Shown: positions 26,263 to 35,433 of the stretch, piece after piece
Numbering within the stretch: the stretch's first letter is position 1
How the letters are laid out: each line of letters opens with the position of its first letter
Virus record (IMG/VR): IMGVR_UViG_3300042346_001601
Direction: 5' to 3' (one strand)
DNA length: 64,000 bases
Origin: a virus
Taxonomy: Duplodnaviria > Heunggongvirae > Uroviricota > Caudoviricetes
Made by a program: the position numbers and the translations under genes
The notes under the pieces: generated by a model
Seen by the model: the letters and a program-made list of their open reading frames with translations, nothing else
Databases searched by the model: none
What the model was told of the DNA's origin: nothing

Positions 26263-26617
26263 TCTTTCTGATTTTCAGAATAGCCTCTATAGGCATTGTT
26301 TTCACACAATATTCAACGATATGTTTGAATTCTTCCAAAGGAAAAACTAGAAGTTCTAGGGAGAAGACTTTTGAATCTCGGTGTTCTTCTACCTGTAAAT
26401 GTTTATTGACCTTACCTACAATCTGCTCGGCCAATCGTTGGGTTATTTGTTTGAGAATAATACAATCGATATCTGGTGATAGGTAGTGTTCTAATATTTC
26501 TCGAGATAAGGTGTGTTGACATTTGTGATGGGAATTTTCTAACATTAACGCTTGTTTGGCGGTCTGTAGAGATCTGACGAGTTCTCTAGAAACATGATCG
26601 AAATCTTGTGTGTTCAT
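26240..26617 (-). CDS. hypothetical protein
   Basis: 125-aa ORF. Confidence 0.45.
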   Translation of the reverse strand: MNTQDFDHVSRELVRSLQTAKQALMLENSHHKCQHTLSREILEHYLSPDIDCIILKQITQRLAEQIVGKVNKHLQVEEHRDSKVFSLELLVFPLEEFKHIVEYCVKTMPIEAILKIRKIETDEKI

Positions 26618-26621
26618 TGAT

Positions 26622-26996
26622 TTATGTTTTTGGGTTTGATCTTTCCAATCTGAAACAAAATTCAGTATGAAAAAAACTTTTAGTGCTCGACAGAGAGTTT
26701 TTCCAATCTACAAATGCTCTAGTAAATGCCTCGAAATCCATTTTGTCATAATGGTTCAATTCGGCCAGACGAACTAACTCATTGTAGTCCATGTCTCTTA
26801 AATATCCTTTTAGTGGCATTACTCTACCCACACAAGTGCTCCAACGAAAATCTCTACCATTAAAAGTAATATAGTAGTAATCTTCGCCATCGTCTCCTAT
26901 TGCAACTAATCTTTCTATCTCGCTATATGATATAATCACAAATTGTCCCTTGAGTAGTTCAAATTCTTTTAAAATTTTCTCTAAGTTACTGTCCAT
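26622..26996 (-). CDS. hypothetical protein
   Basis: 124-aa ORF. Confidence 0.45.
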   Translation of the reverse strand: MDSNLEKILKEFELLKGQFVIISYSEIERLVAIGDDGEDYYYITFNGRDFRWSTCVGRVMPLKGYLRDMDYNELVRLAELNHYDKMDFEAFTRAFVDWKNSLSSTKSFFHTEFCFRLERSNPKT

Positions 26997-27228
26997 TTTT
27001 TGCTTGGTTTTTAATATTTTGATTATGTAGTGCTACAATATGCTCTACTATTTCTTTGCTTAGCTCTCCACCTACTAGAATATGATATTCCTCTTGAAAG
27101 TCTCCATCTTTAAATAAAATAGGTTCAACTGGACTGATAGTACGGCACCAACATTGCTCTCCCTGAGAGCAAGTGCCAATCTTCCACTCGACTAGGAGTG
27201 ATTTTTCTTTAGCTTGAGAGTAGTCCAT
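26986..27228 (-). CDS. hypothetical protein
   Basis: 80-aa ORF. Confidence 0.4.
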   Translation of the reverse strand: MDYSQAKEKSLLVEWKIGTCSQGEQCWCRTISPVEPILFKDGDFQEEYHILVGGELSKEIVEHIVALHNQNIKNQAKNGQ

Positions 27229-27239
27229 TGTGTTAAACT

Positions 27240-27938
27240 TTAGGAATGTATTTGAACTTCAAATATCTGACTTTCGTGTGCATCCGATACATAACAACCC
27301 ATAACGAGCAAAAATGTTTTTTCTCCGGGTATTCCAAAAAAACACCTATAATCGTTGGTGGAAAAGATTTCCAATTCAGATATTCCAACGAACAAAAGAT
27401 TATCAATCAATTCCCTTGTAGTCTTCATAGACAAGTAAACTCCATCCACATTAAAGTAATGATTTTCTGGTAAGTGGTAATGTCCAGTTTCCTCCGTGCC
27501 TGAGGGTATTTCACCTTCGCCATCACATTTTTCACAATCAGATTCTGAACCACAACAGTCACACTCTATAGTTCCAAATCCATCACACTCAGAGCATTCT
27601 ATGTATTTTTCCGAAAATTCTGGAATTAATTTGATTTTCTCAAAAACTTCTTCAAAATCCTTGATTTTGATTCTACCGATAGGTCGAGGCACACCCTCGT
27701 AAAATTCGGAGAATTTCTCAACAACTGGAAGTGCCTTGATCCCCTCTGTATCCGAATAAATGTATCTGTTTTCAAAATTTTTATAATCAGGATCGTACGT
27801 CCAAATTAATTTGTAGGTGTCCGTAGCGCAGACCCATCCATCGTCAAAACAAGTTGGTTTCAACATTTGTGTTCTATATGAATCCTTAGAACACCAGGAT
27901 TCAATGAACGTTTGATATTTTGGATTTTCTCTAATCAT
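27240..27938 (-). CDS. hypothetical protein with Cys-rich CxxCxGxG zinc-finger-like segment (start moved to internal Met)
   Basis: CSECDGFGTIECDCCGSESDCEKCDGEGEI; the start is placed at MIRENP (27938) so that the promoter-like motif at 27949-27960 lies upstream and the overlap with 27968..28417 is removed. Confidence 0.45.
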   Translation of the reverse strand: MIRENPKYQTFIESWCSKDSYRTQMLKPTCFDDGWVCATDTYKLIWTYDPDYKNFENRYIYSDTEGIKALPVVEKFSEFYEGVPRPIGRIKIKDFEEVFEKIKLIPEFSEKYIECSECDGFGTIECDCCGSESDCEKCDGEGEIPSGTEETGHYHLPENHYFNVDGVYLSMKTTRELIDNLLFVGISELEIFSTNDYRCFFGIPGEKTFLLVMGCYVSDAHESQIFEVQIHS

Positions 27939-27948
27939 TATTTTTTTT

Positions 27949-27960
27949 ACAAATATACGG
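27949..27960 (-). promoter_or_regulatory. putative promoter element (sense CCGTATATTTGT)
   Basis: exact TAnnTTTG match (TATATTTG) 11 nt upstream of ATG at 27938. Confidence 0.3.
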
Positions 27961-27967
27961 AAAAATC

Positions 27968-28417
27968 TCAAACAAAGTGTGGAATGTTCACACGAACACA
28001 AGATTGAGGTTGACCCTCATTCATCCAAAAATTATTAATGTATCCCATAATGTTGGCAGATCCGATTGGATTTGCCGAATGGGTATACACTTGTGGAAAA
28101 ACGATACCAGATGATTTTTTTTCTGACCTACTTTTCTGAGTAAGGTAATTGTCAAGATAGTGATTGACCAACCACTTAGCACAATCCATTCCCGTCTTTT
28201 CAAGGATGTTATTGTAATCCAATTTGTAGTTTGGACTCACGTTATTGAAATATTCATTCATCGCTGTATCACCCAAATCGTGATCCAAGGAAATTACATC
28301 TATGTTTTCTAATCCTATATTTGTTACCGCTTCCACGAACTCGTCATAATTCCTCACAACCACCCAAATATCTTCTTTGGGGGTTCTAACATCATCTAAG
28401 TAAATTTGTTTTTTCAT
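27968..28417 (-). CDS. hypothetical protein, copy B of duplicated gene (paralog of 23619..24068)
   Basis: MKKQIYLDDVRTP...ISLDHDLGDT...YTHSANPIGSANIMGYINNF. Confidence 0.55.
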   Translation of the reverse strand: MKKQIYLDDVRTPKEDIWVVVRNYDEFVEAVTNIGLENIDVISLDHDLGDTAMNEYFNNVSPNYKLDYNNILEKTGMDCAKWLVNHYLDNYLTQKSRSEKKSSGIVFPQVYTHSANPIGSANIMGYINNFWMNEGQPQSCVRVNIPHFV

Positions 28418-28418
28418 T

Positions 28419-28856
28419 TTAAAGTTTGTTTATGACTTCACCCTTTGAGTTTTCATAGTAAGTTTCATATCCTTTGGAGTTATACTCTATTCTTTCCCAC
28501 ATCCCATTGGAATCCTCTGTTCGACAACCATTATTTGAATATGTAGTTTGTTTCCAATACCCTGTCGAATCTTCATACAAAGTTATATCCCGTTCAGAAT
28601 TGTATTCATACCTTGCCCAAAACCCATTTGACGTAGTTTCTTTAATCCGATTATCATTAGAATCATATTCATATCGTTCCCAACGGTTCTTTGAATTTTC
28701 CCAATAAATTTGGTTACCTCTATCATCTCGTTCACTACTTTCCCAATAACCGGTGGCATCTTCGCTATAAGCAACCTGCCCGTCTTTAGTTTCAATTACC
28801 AAGTCGCCATCTATTTCAAAGTTCCATTTAAGCAACTGTCCAATTGTTTGTGTCAT
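28419..28856 (-). CDS. MORN/YwqK-like repeat protein
   Basis: Repeated units GYWE..ER...G..IYWENS...WERYEYDSN..., ~6 tandem ~22-aa Tyr/Trp/Glu repeats typical of MORN_2 (YwqK) proteins. Confidence 0.5.
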   Translation of the reverse strand: MTQTIGQLLKWNFEIDGDLVIETKDGQVAYSEDATGYWESSERDDRGNQIYWENSKNRWERYEYDSNDNRIKETTSNGFWARYEYNSERDITLYEDSTGYWKQTTYSNNGCRTEDSNGMWERIEYNSKGYETYYENSKGEVINKL

Positions 28857-28876
28857 ATTTTTTATTTTTATTTATG

Positions 28877-28890
28877 GTATAAATATACGA
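28877..28890 (-). promoter_or_regulatory. putative promoter element (sense CGTATATTTATACC) upstream of ORF 28419..28856
   Basis: near-identical to 14-mer at 4588-4601. Confidence 0.3.
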
Positions 28891-28931
28891 ACGAATTTTC
28901 GTGTCTCCAAATGACGGAGTTATAACCAATG

Positions 28932-29279
28932 CTAAACAAGCACTGCATATTCATAGCCAAAATTAGTTGCCCCATCAGTTACGACATACTTCCAATCAAC
29001 TTCGAATTGTTCAAGTTCACATACAGGCTTGTTGAATTTTTGGACAAGTAGTAAATCTGCAATTTGCTCGCTTTCTTTTTCAAGTTCATAAATTGGTAAG
29101 CAGTGATGCCAGTTGTTTTCTCCAGCAGGTTCAGTAATGTAATCAACAAACCATTTTCCATTTGCTTTGGTTAGTTTTCCTTTGTTTATTTCGGTTGTAA
29201 TGTTTGACATAAATTCCATATTTGTATTATTTAAGTTTAAAAATTCGTAAAAGCACTGGTTATAACAGCACATAAGCAA
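28932..29279 (-). CDS. hypothetical protein
   Basis: 115-aa ORF. Confidence 0.4.
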   Translation of the reverse strand: MLMCCYNQCFYEFLNLNNTNMEFMSNITTEINKGKLTKANGKWFVDYITEPAGENNWHHCLPIYELEKESEQIADLLLVQKFNKPVCELEQFEVDWKYVVTDGATNFGYEYAVLV

Positions 29280-29339
29280 AAGCCCAAATCCAACAGCACA
29301 ATGCCCACGCTATTTGTGCCTTCGCTTATCTGCAAAACG

Positions 29340-30059
29340 TTATGACATATTACCAACTTTAAGTTCACCATCATAAATCAAATATTGCTTTGATGGTAAA
29401 GCATCTATCATATAATATCTACCACCCATGTGTTTATTCATACCATTCAAATCTATTTCTTTAATTTGAGTATGTCCAAATATTTGAATAAAACGTTTTT
29501 TGATTGCGTTTTCATTTCTTCGTTTGTTAGACATTAACAATGAAGTAGGTCTTATCCACACAGGAGTTTGAGTTACATTATCCCCATAAGCATTAAATCC
29601 ATTAAAAGCAAAAGCATGAGGCCTGTGTTTAAATAGCTCATTGATTTCATCAACCAAAGTATCTACATTACAACGACCAAAAGTTTCTACAACCCAATAA
29701 TGGCTTACTCCTGCGTGAGTGCAAAGAAAATCATCAAATGAGTATGCCATTTGCAACAGGTCCATATTCTCTGATAAAACATGGCTGATATCAAACTGAA
29801 GAGCGGGTTGAAAACCTGAATAAGTTTCGTTGATATGCATATAGTGTAGGTCATGATTACCTGTCAATAGAATCACTTCCTTGTCGGAGTTTCGTTTAAA
29901 CTCACATATCTCCTTAAAGTTATGTATTTGGTCAACACCGGGTATATCAAAAGAATCAAAGTAATCTCCAACAAAGATTATTCTATCTGCGTTTTCTTTT
30001 GCTACAATGTCCTTCCAAATTGGACGGCCGTGGATATCTCCAATGAATATTGTTTTCAT
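29340..30059 (-). CDS. calcineurin-like Ser/Thr phosphatase (PPP family, lambda-phosphatase/PrpE-like)
   Basis: GDIHG, VGDYFD, LLTGNHD, ...THAG motifs of PPP metallophosphatases. Confidence 0.75.
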   Translation of the reverse strand: MKTIFIGDIHGRPIWKDIVAKENADRIIFVGDYFDSFDIPGVDQIHNFKEICEFKRNSDKEVILLTGNHDLHYMHINETYSGFQPALQFDISHVLSENMDLLQMAYSFDDFLCTHAGVSHYWVVETFGRCNVDTLVDEINELFKHRPHAFAFNGFNAYGDNVTQTPVWIRPTSLLMSNKRRNENAIKKRFIQIFGHTQIKEIDLNGMNKHMGGRYYMIDALPSKQYLIYDGELKVGNMS

Positions 30060-30475
30060 TTGTTAGTAAAGTTTATATCTCCATTAGTCATACCAACAGC
30101 GGTGTTAGTGGTAGTAGTACCGATTACTCCAGTTCCATATTTTTTTGGGTTAGGGACCATCTTATTACCCATAATACAACCACATAAACCACTTCCACCA
30201 TTTTTTGGATTACAAGAGCAAATACTTGCATAAGGAACTTCATCAGGTTCTGAACTTGTTAAACTTATACTGAACCCACCGGGATGACTTTTGTCCCAAG
30301 TTGGGATATTTGGAATATTTTCATCGTGTGGAATAGATTTATCATATTGAATTGTTTCAAGAGCATCCAACTGCTTTTTGAATGCTTTTCTTTCAGTTTC
30401 TAAAACTAAAATATCCCTATCAAGTGATTTGATATGTGATTTGATATCACTAATTGCTCTTTCAATCTTGTTCAT
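30056..30475 (-). CDS. hypothetical protein (N-terminal coiled coil, Gly/Thr-rich C-terminus)
   Basis: 139-aa ORF. Confidence 0.4.
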   Translation of the reverse strand: MNKIERAISDIKSHIKSLDRDILVLETERKAFKKQLDALETIQYDKSIPHDENIPNIPTWDKSHPGGFSISLTSSEPDEVPYASICSCNPKNGGSGLCGCIMGNKMVPNPKKYGTGVIGTTTTNTAVGMTNGDINFTNK

Positions 30476-30728
30476 AGTTTTTATGTGTTTTTAATCCCAA
30501 TAATAATAATATTTGATAATTACAATAATCAAAATAATCAACTAATTCTTTATGCCTTTCAGTTGTAAGTTCAGGATTAAGAATTAATCTTGCCGCTTCT
30601 GCTCTGTGTGAAAGAAGATTGAATAATGAGGGTTTAATTGAATTATCCCACATATCTCTATTAAAATGGGATGACTGTACAATTCTATGTTGAGTGCCCA
30701 GCGTCTCTAATGTGTTTGATTTAATCAT
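30462..30728 (-). CDS. hypothetical protein
   Basis: 88-aa ORF. Confidence 0.4.
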   Translation of the reverse strand: MIKSNTLETLGTQHRIVQSSHFNRDMWDNSIKPSLFNLLSHRAEAARLILNPELTTERHKELVDYFDYCNYQILLLLGLKTHKNYEQD

Positions 30729-31078
30729 ATTGTATTTTTGCTATCTTCCATTAACTTTTTAAGTTCTTTATTAAAATCTAAATAATCTAATTCCATATCA
30801 CACACATTTTCAACCAAAACCTCATATCCAAATACTATTCGCATATGAATATGAGATATATTTTTTTGATAATAATCCATATAGTATTCCCAGCTAAACT
30901 TGTCAGTATCTTCGCAGTGCTCTATAATCCCCATAAATTTTTCATCACCTTCCCAATCAGATTTGAAAGATTTCCATTCGTTTTTGTTGGTAGGATCAAT
31001 TGTACATAGTTCATCGTTGAATTTCATCCAATGCATTAAACAATTAATATGTTCCTGCGGTGCTCTTGCCATTCTCAT
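30725..31078 (-). CDS. hypothetical protein
   Basis: 117-aa ORF. Confidence 0.4.
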   Translation of the reverse strand: MRMARAPQEHINCLMHWMKFNDELCTIDPTNKNEWKSFKSDWEGDEKFMGIIEHCEDTDKFSWEYYMDYYQKNISHIHMRIVFGYEVLVENVCDMELDYLDFNKELKKLMEDSKNTI

Positions 31079-31088
31079 AACTGTAAAA

Positions 31089-31307
31089 TTAATGTTTCCA
31101 TCCCATTCTCATTTTGCTTATGGGAGTTAAAGCAGATGTGTAATTCATAAAGTTATCCCAATCTCCCCCACAACTATATACAACCCGTACTTCAGTATTT
31201 GTATGATCGGGGATTTCTTTTACCATTCCGTTTTCGCAGTCATCACATCCTTCGAATGGTATGTAATGAACCTTGTCTCCGATTTTCAATTTAGCAATAT
31301 CTATCAT
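31089..31307 (-). CDS. hypothetical protein
   Basis: 72-aa ORF. Confidence 0.35.
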   Translation of the reverse strand: MIDIAKLKIGDKVHYIPFEGCDDCENGMVKEIPDHTNTEVRVVYSCGGDWDNFMNYTSALTPISKMRMGWKH

Positions 31308-31316
31308 TTTTTTGTT

Positions 31317-31526
31317 TTAAAGGTCATACCAATACATTCCTAAACATACTTTCATAAAAGTACGATGAATCCAATTAGGTCTATAAGTTAAGTTTAATTG
31401 TACATAATGGGTGGATTGATTGCCAAATCTATACCCACCCACACATTTTGGTATTTCAGGACTTAGTACCGATATATTAGACTTTTCAAAATCCTTTGGG
31501 TGTAGGTTAAATGTTTCTCGTTTCAT
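31317..31526 (-). CDS. hypothetical protein
   Basis: 69-aa ORF. Confidence 0.35.
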   Translation of the reverse strand: MKRETFNLHPKDFEKSNISVLSPEIPKCVGGYRFGNQSTHYVQLNLTYRPNWIHRTFMKVCLGMYWYDL

Positions 31527-31547
31527 TAGTAAATCCTTTTTTCATAA

Positions 31548-32408
31548 TTATTTTCCTAAATTATACATCATATTAGTTCCACTACCCAATTGAGTAGTGG
31601 GTAAAACTCCATTCCATTTATTGATATACTCAAGTTGTAATAGTAATGGTGTTAAGGTTTGTTGTTTCATCCTGTTAGCTTCTGCTTCAGCTTTGGCTGA
31701 TGTTAGCATTGCTTGAGCATTACCTTCAGCTTGTGCGATTTTGATTTTGGCTTCAGCTTCAGCTTGCTTTACCCTATTTTCGGCTGTAAGTGCGGATTGA
31801 ACTGCGTTATTTTTAGCTTCAATGGCTTTCTTAAATGTTTCAGGATATACAAGATTTGATGTAAATTGAGCCAACATGAATCCTTCAGGTAGTAAGTGTG
31901 ATTCTAATACCTTTCTAACTTTCACTTCAAATTGTTCACGATTTGAAATAAGTTCATCGGCAGTATATGAGTTAGCAACCACACGAAACGCATCATATAC
32001 CGCAGTTTTTAAGAAACCTGATTCAATCTCATCCAATGTAACTCGGTATTTACTAAAAATATAGGGTACTCGTTCTCGTTTAACTGAATAGTTTAATAAT
32101 GGTGAAACGTGAAATTCTGAACCATCTTTTGAGTTTACCACAAATGATTCATCGGGATTATCTTCGCCATTGTTTTTATATTCTTTGTGCTGAACAAATG
32201 TTGGGAACTCAATGATTTTTGTGGTAAATGGATTGTAAAATACCCAACCAGTTACCTCAGTAATATCATCTACACCTTTACCATCTCCATAGAGATTTAC
32301 TTTAACACCAACGTGACCCGCATCAATGCGTTCACAACTTGATAGACTGAAAATGATTAATCCTAATGCTAGCAATGCTACTGATACAATTTTAAAAGGG
32401 TTTTCCAT
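31548..32408 (-). CDS. SPFH/Band-7 (prohibitin/HflC-like) domain lipoprotein
   Basis: Signal peptide + lipobox FSLSSC; SPFH-like core followed by Ala/Glu-rich coiled coil (AENRVKQAEAEAKIKIAQAEGNAQAMLTSAKAEAEAN). Confidence 0.7.
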   Translation of the reverse strand: MENPFKIVSVALLALGLIIFSLSSCERIDAGHVGVKVNLYGDGKGVDDITEVTGWVFYNPFTTKIIEFPTFVQHKEYKNNGEDNPDESFVVNSKDGSEFHVSPLLNYSVKRERVPYIFSKYRVTLDEIESGFLKTAVYDAFRVVANSYTADELISNREQFEVKVRKVLESHLLPEGFMLAQFTSNLVYPETFKKAIEAKNNAVQSALTAENRVKQAEAEAKIKIAQAEGNAQAMLTSAKAEAEANRMKQQTLTPLLLQLEYINKWNGVLPTTQLGSGTNMMYNLGK

Positions 32409-32422
32409 AGTTTTTTGTTTTT

Positions 32423-32629
32423 TTAGTTTTGTTTTGTTGTGGTTTTTGGTTTAAAAATGAATTGTAAGGTTAAAAATAAAAAATAAATACCAATAAATAA
32501 GGTTATTACTCCGAAGAAAAAAGCAATGGTAGATGGCATATTCATTAACGAGAAACTAAACTTCATTAGTTCTGAAAATGCTAATCCAAGTAGGATGCAG
32601 GAGAATGTTTTAATTAAAATGTTTTTCAT
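32423..32629 (-). CDS. hypothetical small membrane protein (possibly NfeD-like partner of SPFH protein)
   Basis: two TM helices, directly upstream of SPFH gene. Confidence 0.35.
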   Translation of the reverse strand: MKNILIKTFSCILLGLAFSELMKFSFSLMNMPSTIAFFFGVITLFIGIYFLFLTLQFIFKPKTTTKQN

Positions 32630-33257
32630 AGTTTATATTTTGTAAAGTTCTATTCAATTTTCCATAGTTTGTTTTACCATCAAATGCTCTACCAATACGA
32701 TACAAATGATTAGGTGATAATCCAAAGTAACCATCGCAATGATAAAATTTATCCATTTGTTCTGGAAGCATATCTGAGTCATCATCTAAAATTGCATAAT
32801 CCTCAACTTCAGGTCTTTTATCTAGCCATTCCTTTATTTCTTCTCCTCTCATACCAAACCCACCTCCTGTGATACCAACAAAAGTTCCCTCATTAAATCC
32901 AAAATGAACCAATGCGCGTTCCCACCACTGGGGAATTACGTTTTTCTCCGTTCCAAAATGGCGTTTCCAAACAGATGAAATACAAATTTTAGTTCCAGTC
33001 CTATTACAAAAATCAGAAAGCCACTGCCATTTTTGGGGGCAAGTCTCTTCAATCAACCTTTTAAGTTGGTATTCATAAGTGTAATGGCTATCGGGTGTTT
33101 TGTAATTTGCTAAACTCACAGGTTTTGATTTAATACCTAAAAACTTTCTGATTAGGTAGTAGTAAGTCCTGGGTTTCAACCACCTTTTTTTGTGTCGGTT
33201 CTCGTAAAAAATATGGGAGTTCATAACTCCATCAATATCTAAAAATATAACTTTCAT
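32610..33257 (-). CDS. HAD-like phosphatase-fold protein (RNA-repair-associated HAD type)
   Basis: N-terminal MKVIFLDIDGVMN (DxDGV motif I) typical of HAD domains found in RNA-repair loci. Confidence 0.5.
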   Translation of the reverse strand: MKVIFLDIDGVMNSHIFYENRHKKRWLKPRTYYYLIRKFLGIKSKPVSLANYKTPDSHYTYEYQLKRLIEETCPQKWQWLSDFCNRTGTKICISSVWKRHFGTEKNVIPQWWERALVHFGFNEGTFVGITGGGFGMRGEEIKEWLDKRPEVEDYAILDDDSDMLPEQMDKFYHCDGYFGLSPNHLYRIGRAFDGKTNYGKLNRTLQNINYEKHFN

Positions 33258-33266
33258 ATCAAAGGT

Positions 33267-33983
33267 TTATTTTGTAAGTAATTCTTTAAATCTTTTTCTT
33301 AACATTCTAACATATACATCATTGGATAGTCCGTAATTTCCGATAGCCCACATATCATTGTATTCAATAACTACGTTCTGACCCCCACTCAAAACACCTA
33401 TATCAATTGTGTAGGCCGATGGAAAAGTATTTCTATTGTTTTGGATTATTTTTTCTAAATACGAACTATCAATCGAAACATAAAGATTACCAGAGTAGTT
33501 TGCTAGATATTCAATGCGGTGATCGTTGATATAGCATCTCCATTCACTCTCAATTGGTTGATCAAAAACATCATAAACCATAACTCGTGTTTCTTCAGGA
33601 ACATTAGAAATTGATGTGTTCTGCATTTGATCAATCACAAAACCAGTGAATAATTTTATGTCAAATGGTTTTATGAAAAACTTTTGACCTAGTTGTGCTA
33701 ATCTCTTAATTTCCCCTAAGGTTTGTATGCTGTGTTTTCTATCGGAATTCATAGGTAGTCTAGGATCTTCAACACCAGCGATTTGAAACACAACTCTCAT
33801 GAACTCAACAGAACCAACAAATAAATTGTTAGATGTTACTAATTTATTAAACTTGCCGGAAATTAAATCATCATAAGTAATAAGTCTAAAGTCCTGTCCA
33901 GTATCCATAGCACCATACATAGCACAAGAAACATCAAAGTGATGTGGTAACTCTCGGTTGCTGTCTTTTTGTAAATAAATCAT
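33267..33983 (-). CDS. possible ATP-grasp-fold protein
   Basis: C-terminal VVIEYNDMWAIGNYGL resembles the ATP-grasp C-terminal strand; weak, by eye only. Confidence 0.35.
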   Translation of the reverse strand: MIYLQKDSNRELPHHFDVSCAMYGAMDTGQDFRLITYDDLISGKFNKLVTSNNLFVGSVEFMRVVFQIAGVEDPRLPMNSDRKHSIQTLGEIKRLAQLGQKFFIKPFDIKLFTGFVIDQMQNTSISNVPEETRVMVYDVFDQPIESEWRCYINDHRIEYLANYSGNLYVSIDSSYLEKIIQNNRNTFPSAYTIDIGVLSGGQNVVIEYNDMWAIGNYGLSNDVYVRMLRKRFKELLTK

Positions 33984-33990
33984 AATGGTG

Positions 33991-34000
33991 CAAATATATA
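33991..34000 (-). promoter_or_regulatory. putative promoter element (sense TATATATTTG) upstream of ORF 33267..33983
   Basis: TAnnTTTG match. Confidence 0.25.
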
Positions 34001-34079
34001 CATTTTGTAACTAAAAACAAAATTTTTTAGAAAAATTACCAACCTCAACTATTTTGAATATCTAAGAGTATAACTTTCA

Positions 34080-35156
34080 TTAAATTTTATAAAATTGGGG
34101 TTTTATTATTTTCCAAATTAATGAGGAGTATTCCTTACGATCGTACATTTTAAATAAAAGGGAAGGATTTTTGTATTTTTTTGCTTCTTCGGCAAAACTA
34201 GCTCTCCACTTGAAATCTTTTATGCTCTTGAGGGTGTCGAAGATAGCCAAATACTCCTTCTCTACCTCCTGGTATTGACTTATCAGCTCGTTGGCATATC
34301 CTGTCACCTTTCCATAAAACTCATCGGGGGTGTCGACAAGGATGGCTGACATGTCACCTCCGGTAGACAAGACCTCCCAGATCGAAGTGGAAGTAACATT
34401 TGTCATTATTCTGTGCAACCTGAGATACTCCTCAAATTTAATTTTCATCCGAAAGTTACCAGGTTGAAATCTAAGAACGAAACCCTCCTTGTTAACATCG
34501 TTCTGTGCCTTCAAACTACGGTATAACTGATCGGAAAAGTTAAAATGCTGCTTTGTTTGGGTGATGTCTTTATCAGAGACACCGTTGAACTTAAAGACAT
34601 CACAGGCCATAGACCAATGTAATTCTTCTTCGTTGGTTTGTTTGTAAAAATTATTGGGGACCGCAGATAAAAATATGACTTTTTCTTCCCCGTAATTTAC
34701 AACGATACGATTTTCCGGGTAGATGATCTCAACCAAGTACGCGTATTCTTTTATCCAACTATCCAACTTGTATTTGGATTGAACCATCTCTAATCCCTTT
34801 ATTGCCTGGTCTGAGGTAAAAGAACCCCGGGTAGCCATAATCCATTCACCCTCGTAGTAAAACAGTATGCCTAAAGAGCCATCCGCCTTTTCCTGCACAT
34901 ACACACAGTCTCCTTGGGTTGGAATTTGTCCTTTGTTCACAATTTCTTCGTAGTTGAAAAACTTTGGAAAGGGTTTAACAAGGATCCCGCCGGTAACATC
35001 ATCGGTAATAAGACCTCTACACATAAGGGTCACATCGTCCCATAATCCATCGTATTGAACCTTTTCGCTGTAGTTCCAAATTGTCAGCGGAAAGCGAGGA
35101 TGGGACTGGGAGTGGAGCAGGCCCCTTTCCTTATAATCTTCTAGTACGTTTCTCAT
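34080..35156 (-). CDS. RNA ligase, T4 Rnl1-like
   Basis: MCRGLITD / PFPKFFNYEE / VQEKADGSLGILF align with T4 Rnl1 ECRGIMFE / PMEKFFNLNE / LTKEDGSLVSTY (motif I lysine KxDGSL). Confidence 0.8.
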   Translation of the reverse strand: MRNVLEDYKERGLLHSQSHPRFPLTIWNYSEKVQYDGLWDDVTLMCRGLITDDVTGGILVKPFPKFFNYEEIVNKGQIPTQGDCVYVQEKADGSLGILFYYEGEWIMATRGSFTSDQAIKGLEMVQSKYKLDSWIKEYAYLVEIIYPENRIVVNYGEEKVIFLSAVPNNFYKQTNEEELHWSMACDVFKFNGVSDKDITQTKQHFNFSDQLYRSLKAQNDVNKEGFVLRFQPGNFRMKIKFEEYLRLHRIMTNVTSTSIWEVLSTGGDMSAILVDTPDEFYGKVTGYANELISQYQEVEKEYLAIFDTLKSIKDFKWRASFAEEAKKYKNPSLLFKMYDRKEYSSLIWKIIKPQFYKI

Positions 35157-35205
35157 TCCCCAAATATAAGAATAAATTCTAAAATTAATTCACAAAAAAT
35201 CGAAC

Positions 35206-35433
35206 CTATCCATTAAAAAAAGTTTCCCTCTGAATCTTCTCCACAAAAGACAGAAAATATTCAGAAGGCAAAACTTTTTCCAAATCAGACACAAGAACCA
35301 CATCCCGGCCAGAAACCGATTGGATTTGAAGAGATTCCCCGCATTTCTCTAACAACTGGCCGTCAAAGAAATTTGAAACCAATCCCACGGGAACTAACTC
35401 AGGAATGTTCAGTGCTTCCATTAATTTGGTCAT
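35206..35433 (-). CDS. hypothetical protein
   Basis: 75-aa ORF. Confidence 0.35.
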   Translation of the reverse strand: MTKLMEALNIPELVPVGLVSNFFDGQLLEKCGESLQIQSVSGRDVVLVSDLEKVLPSEYFLSFVEKIQRETFFNG

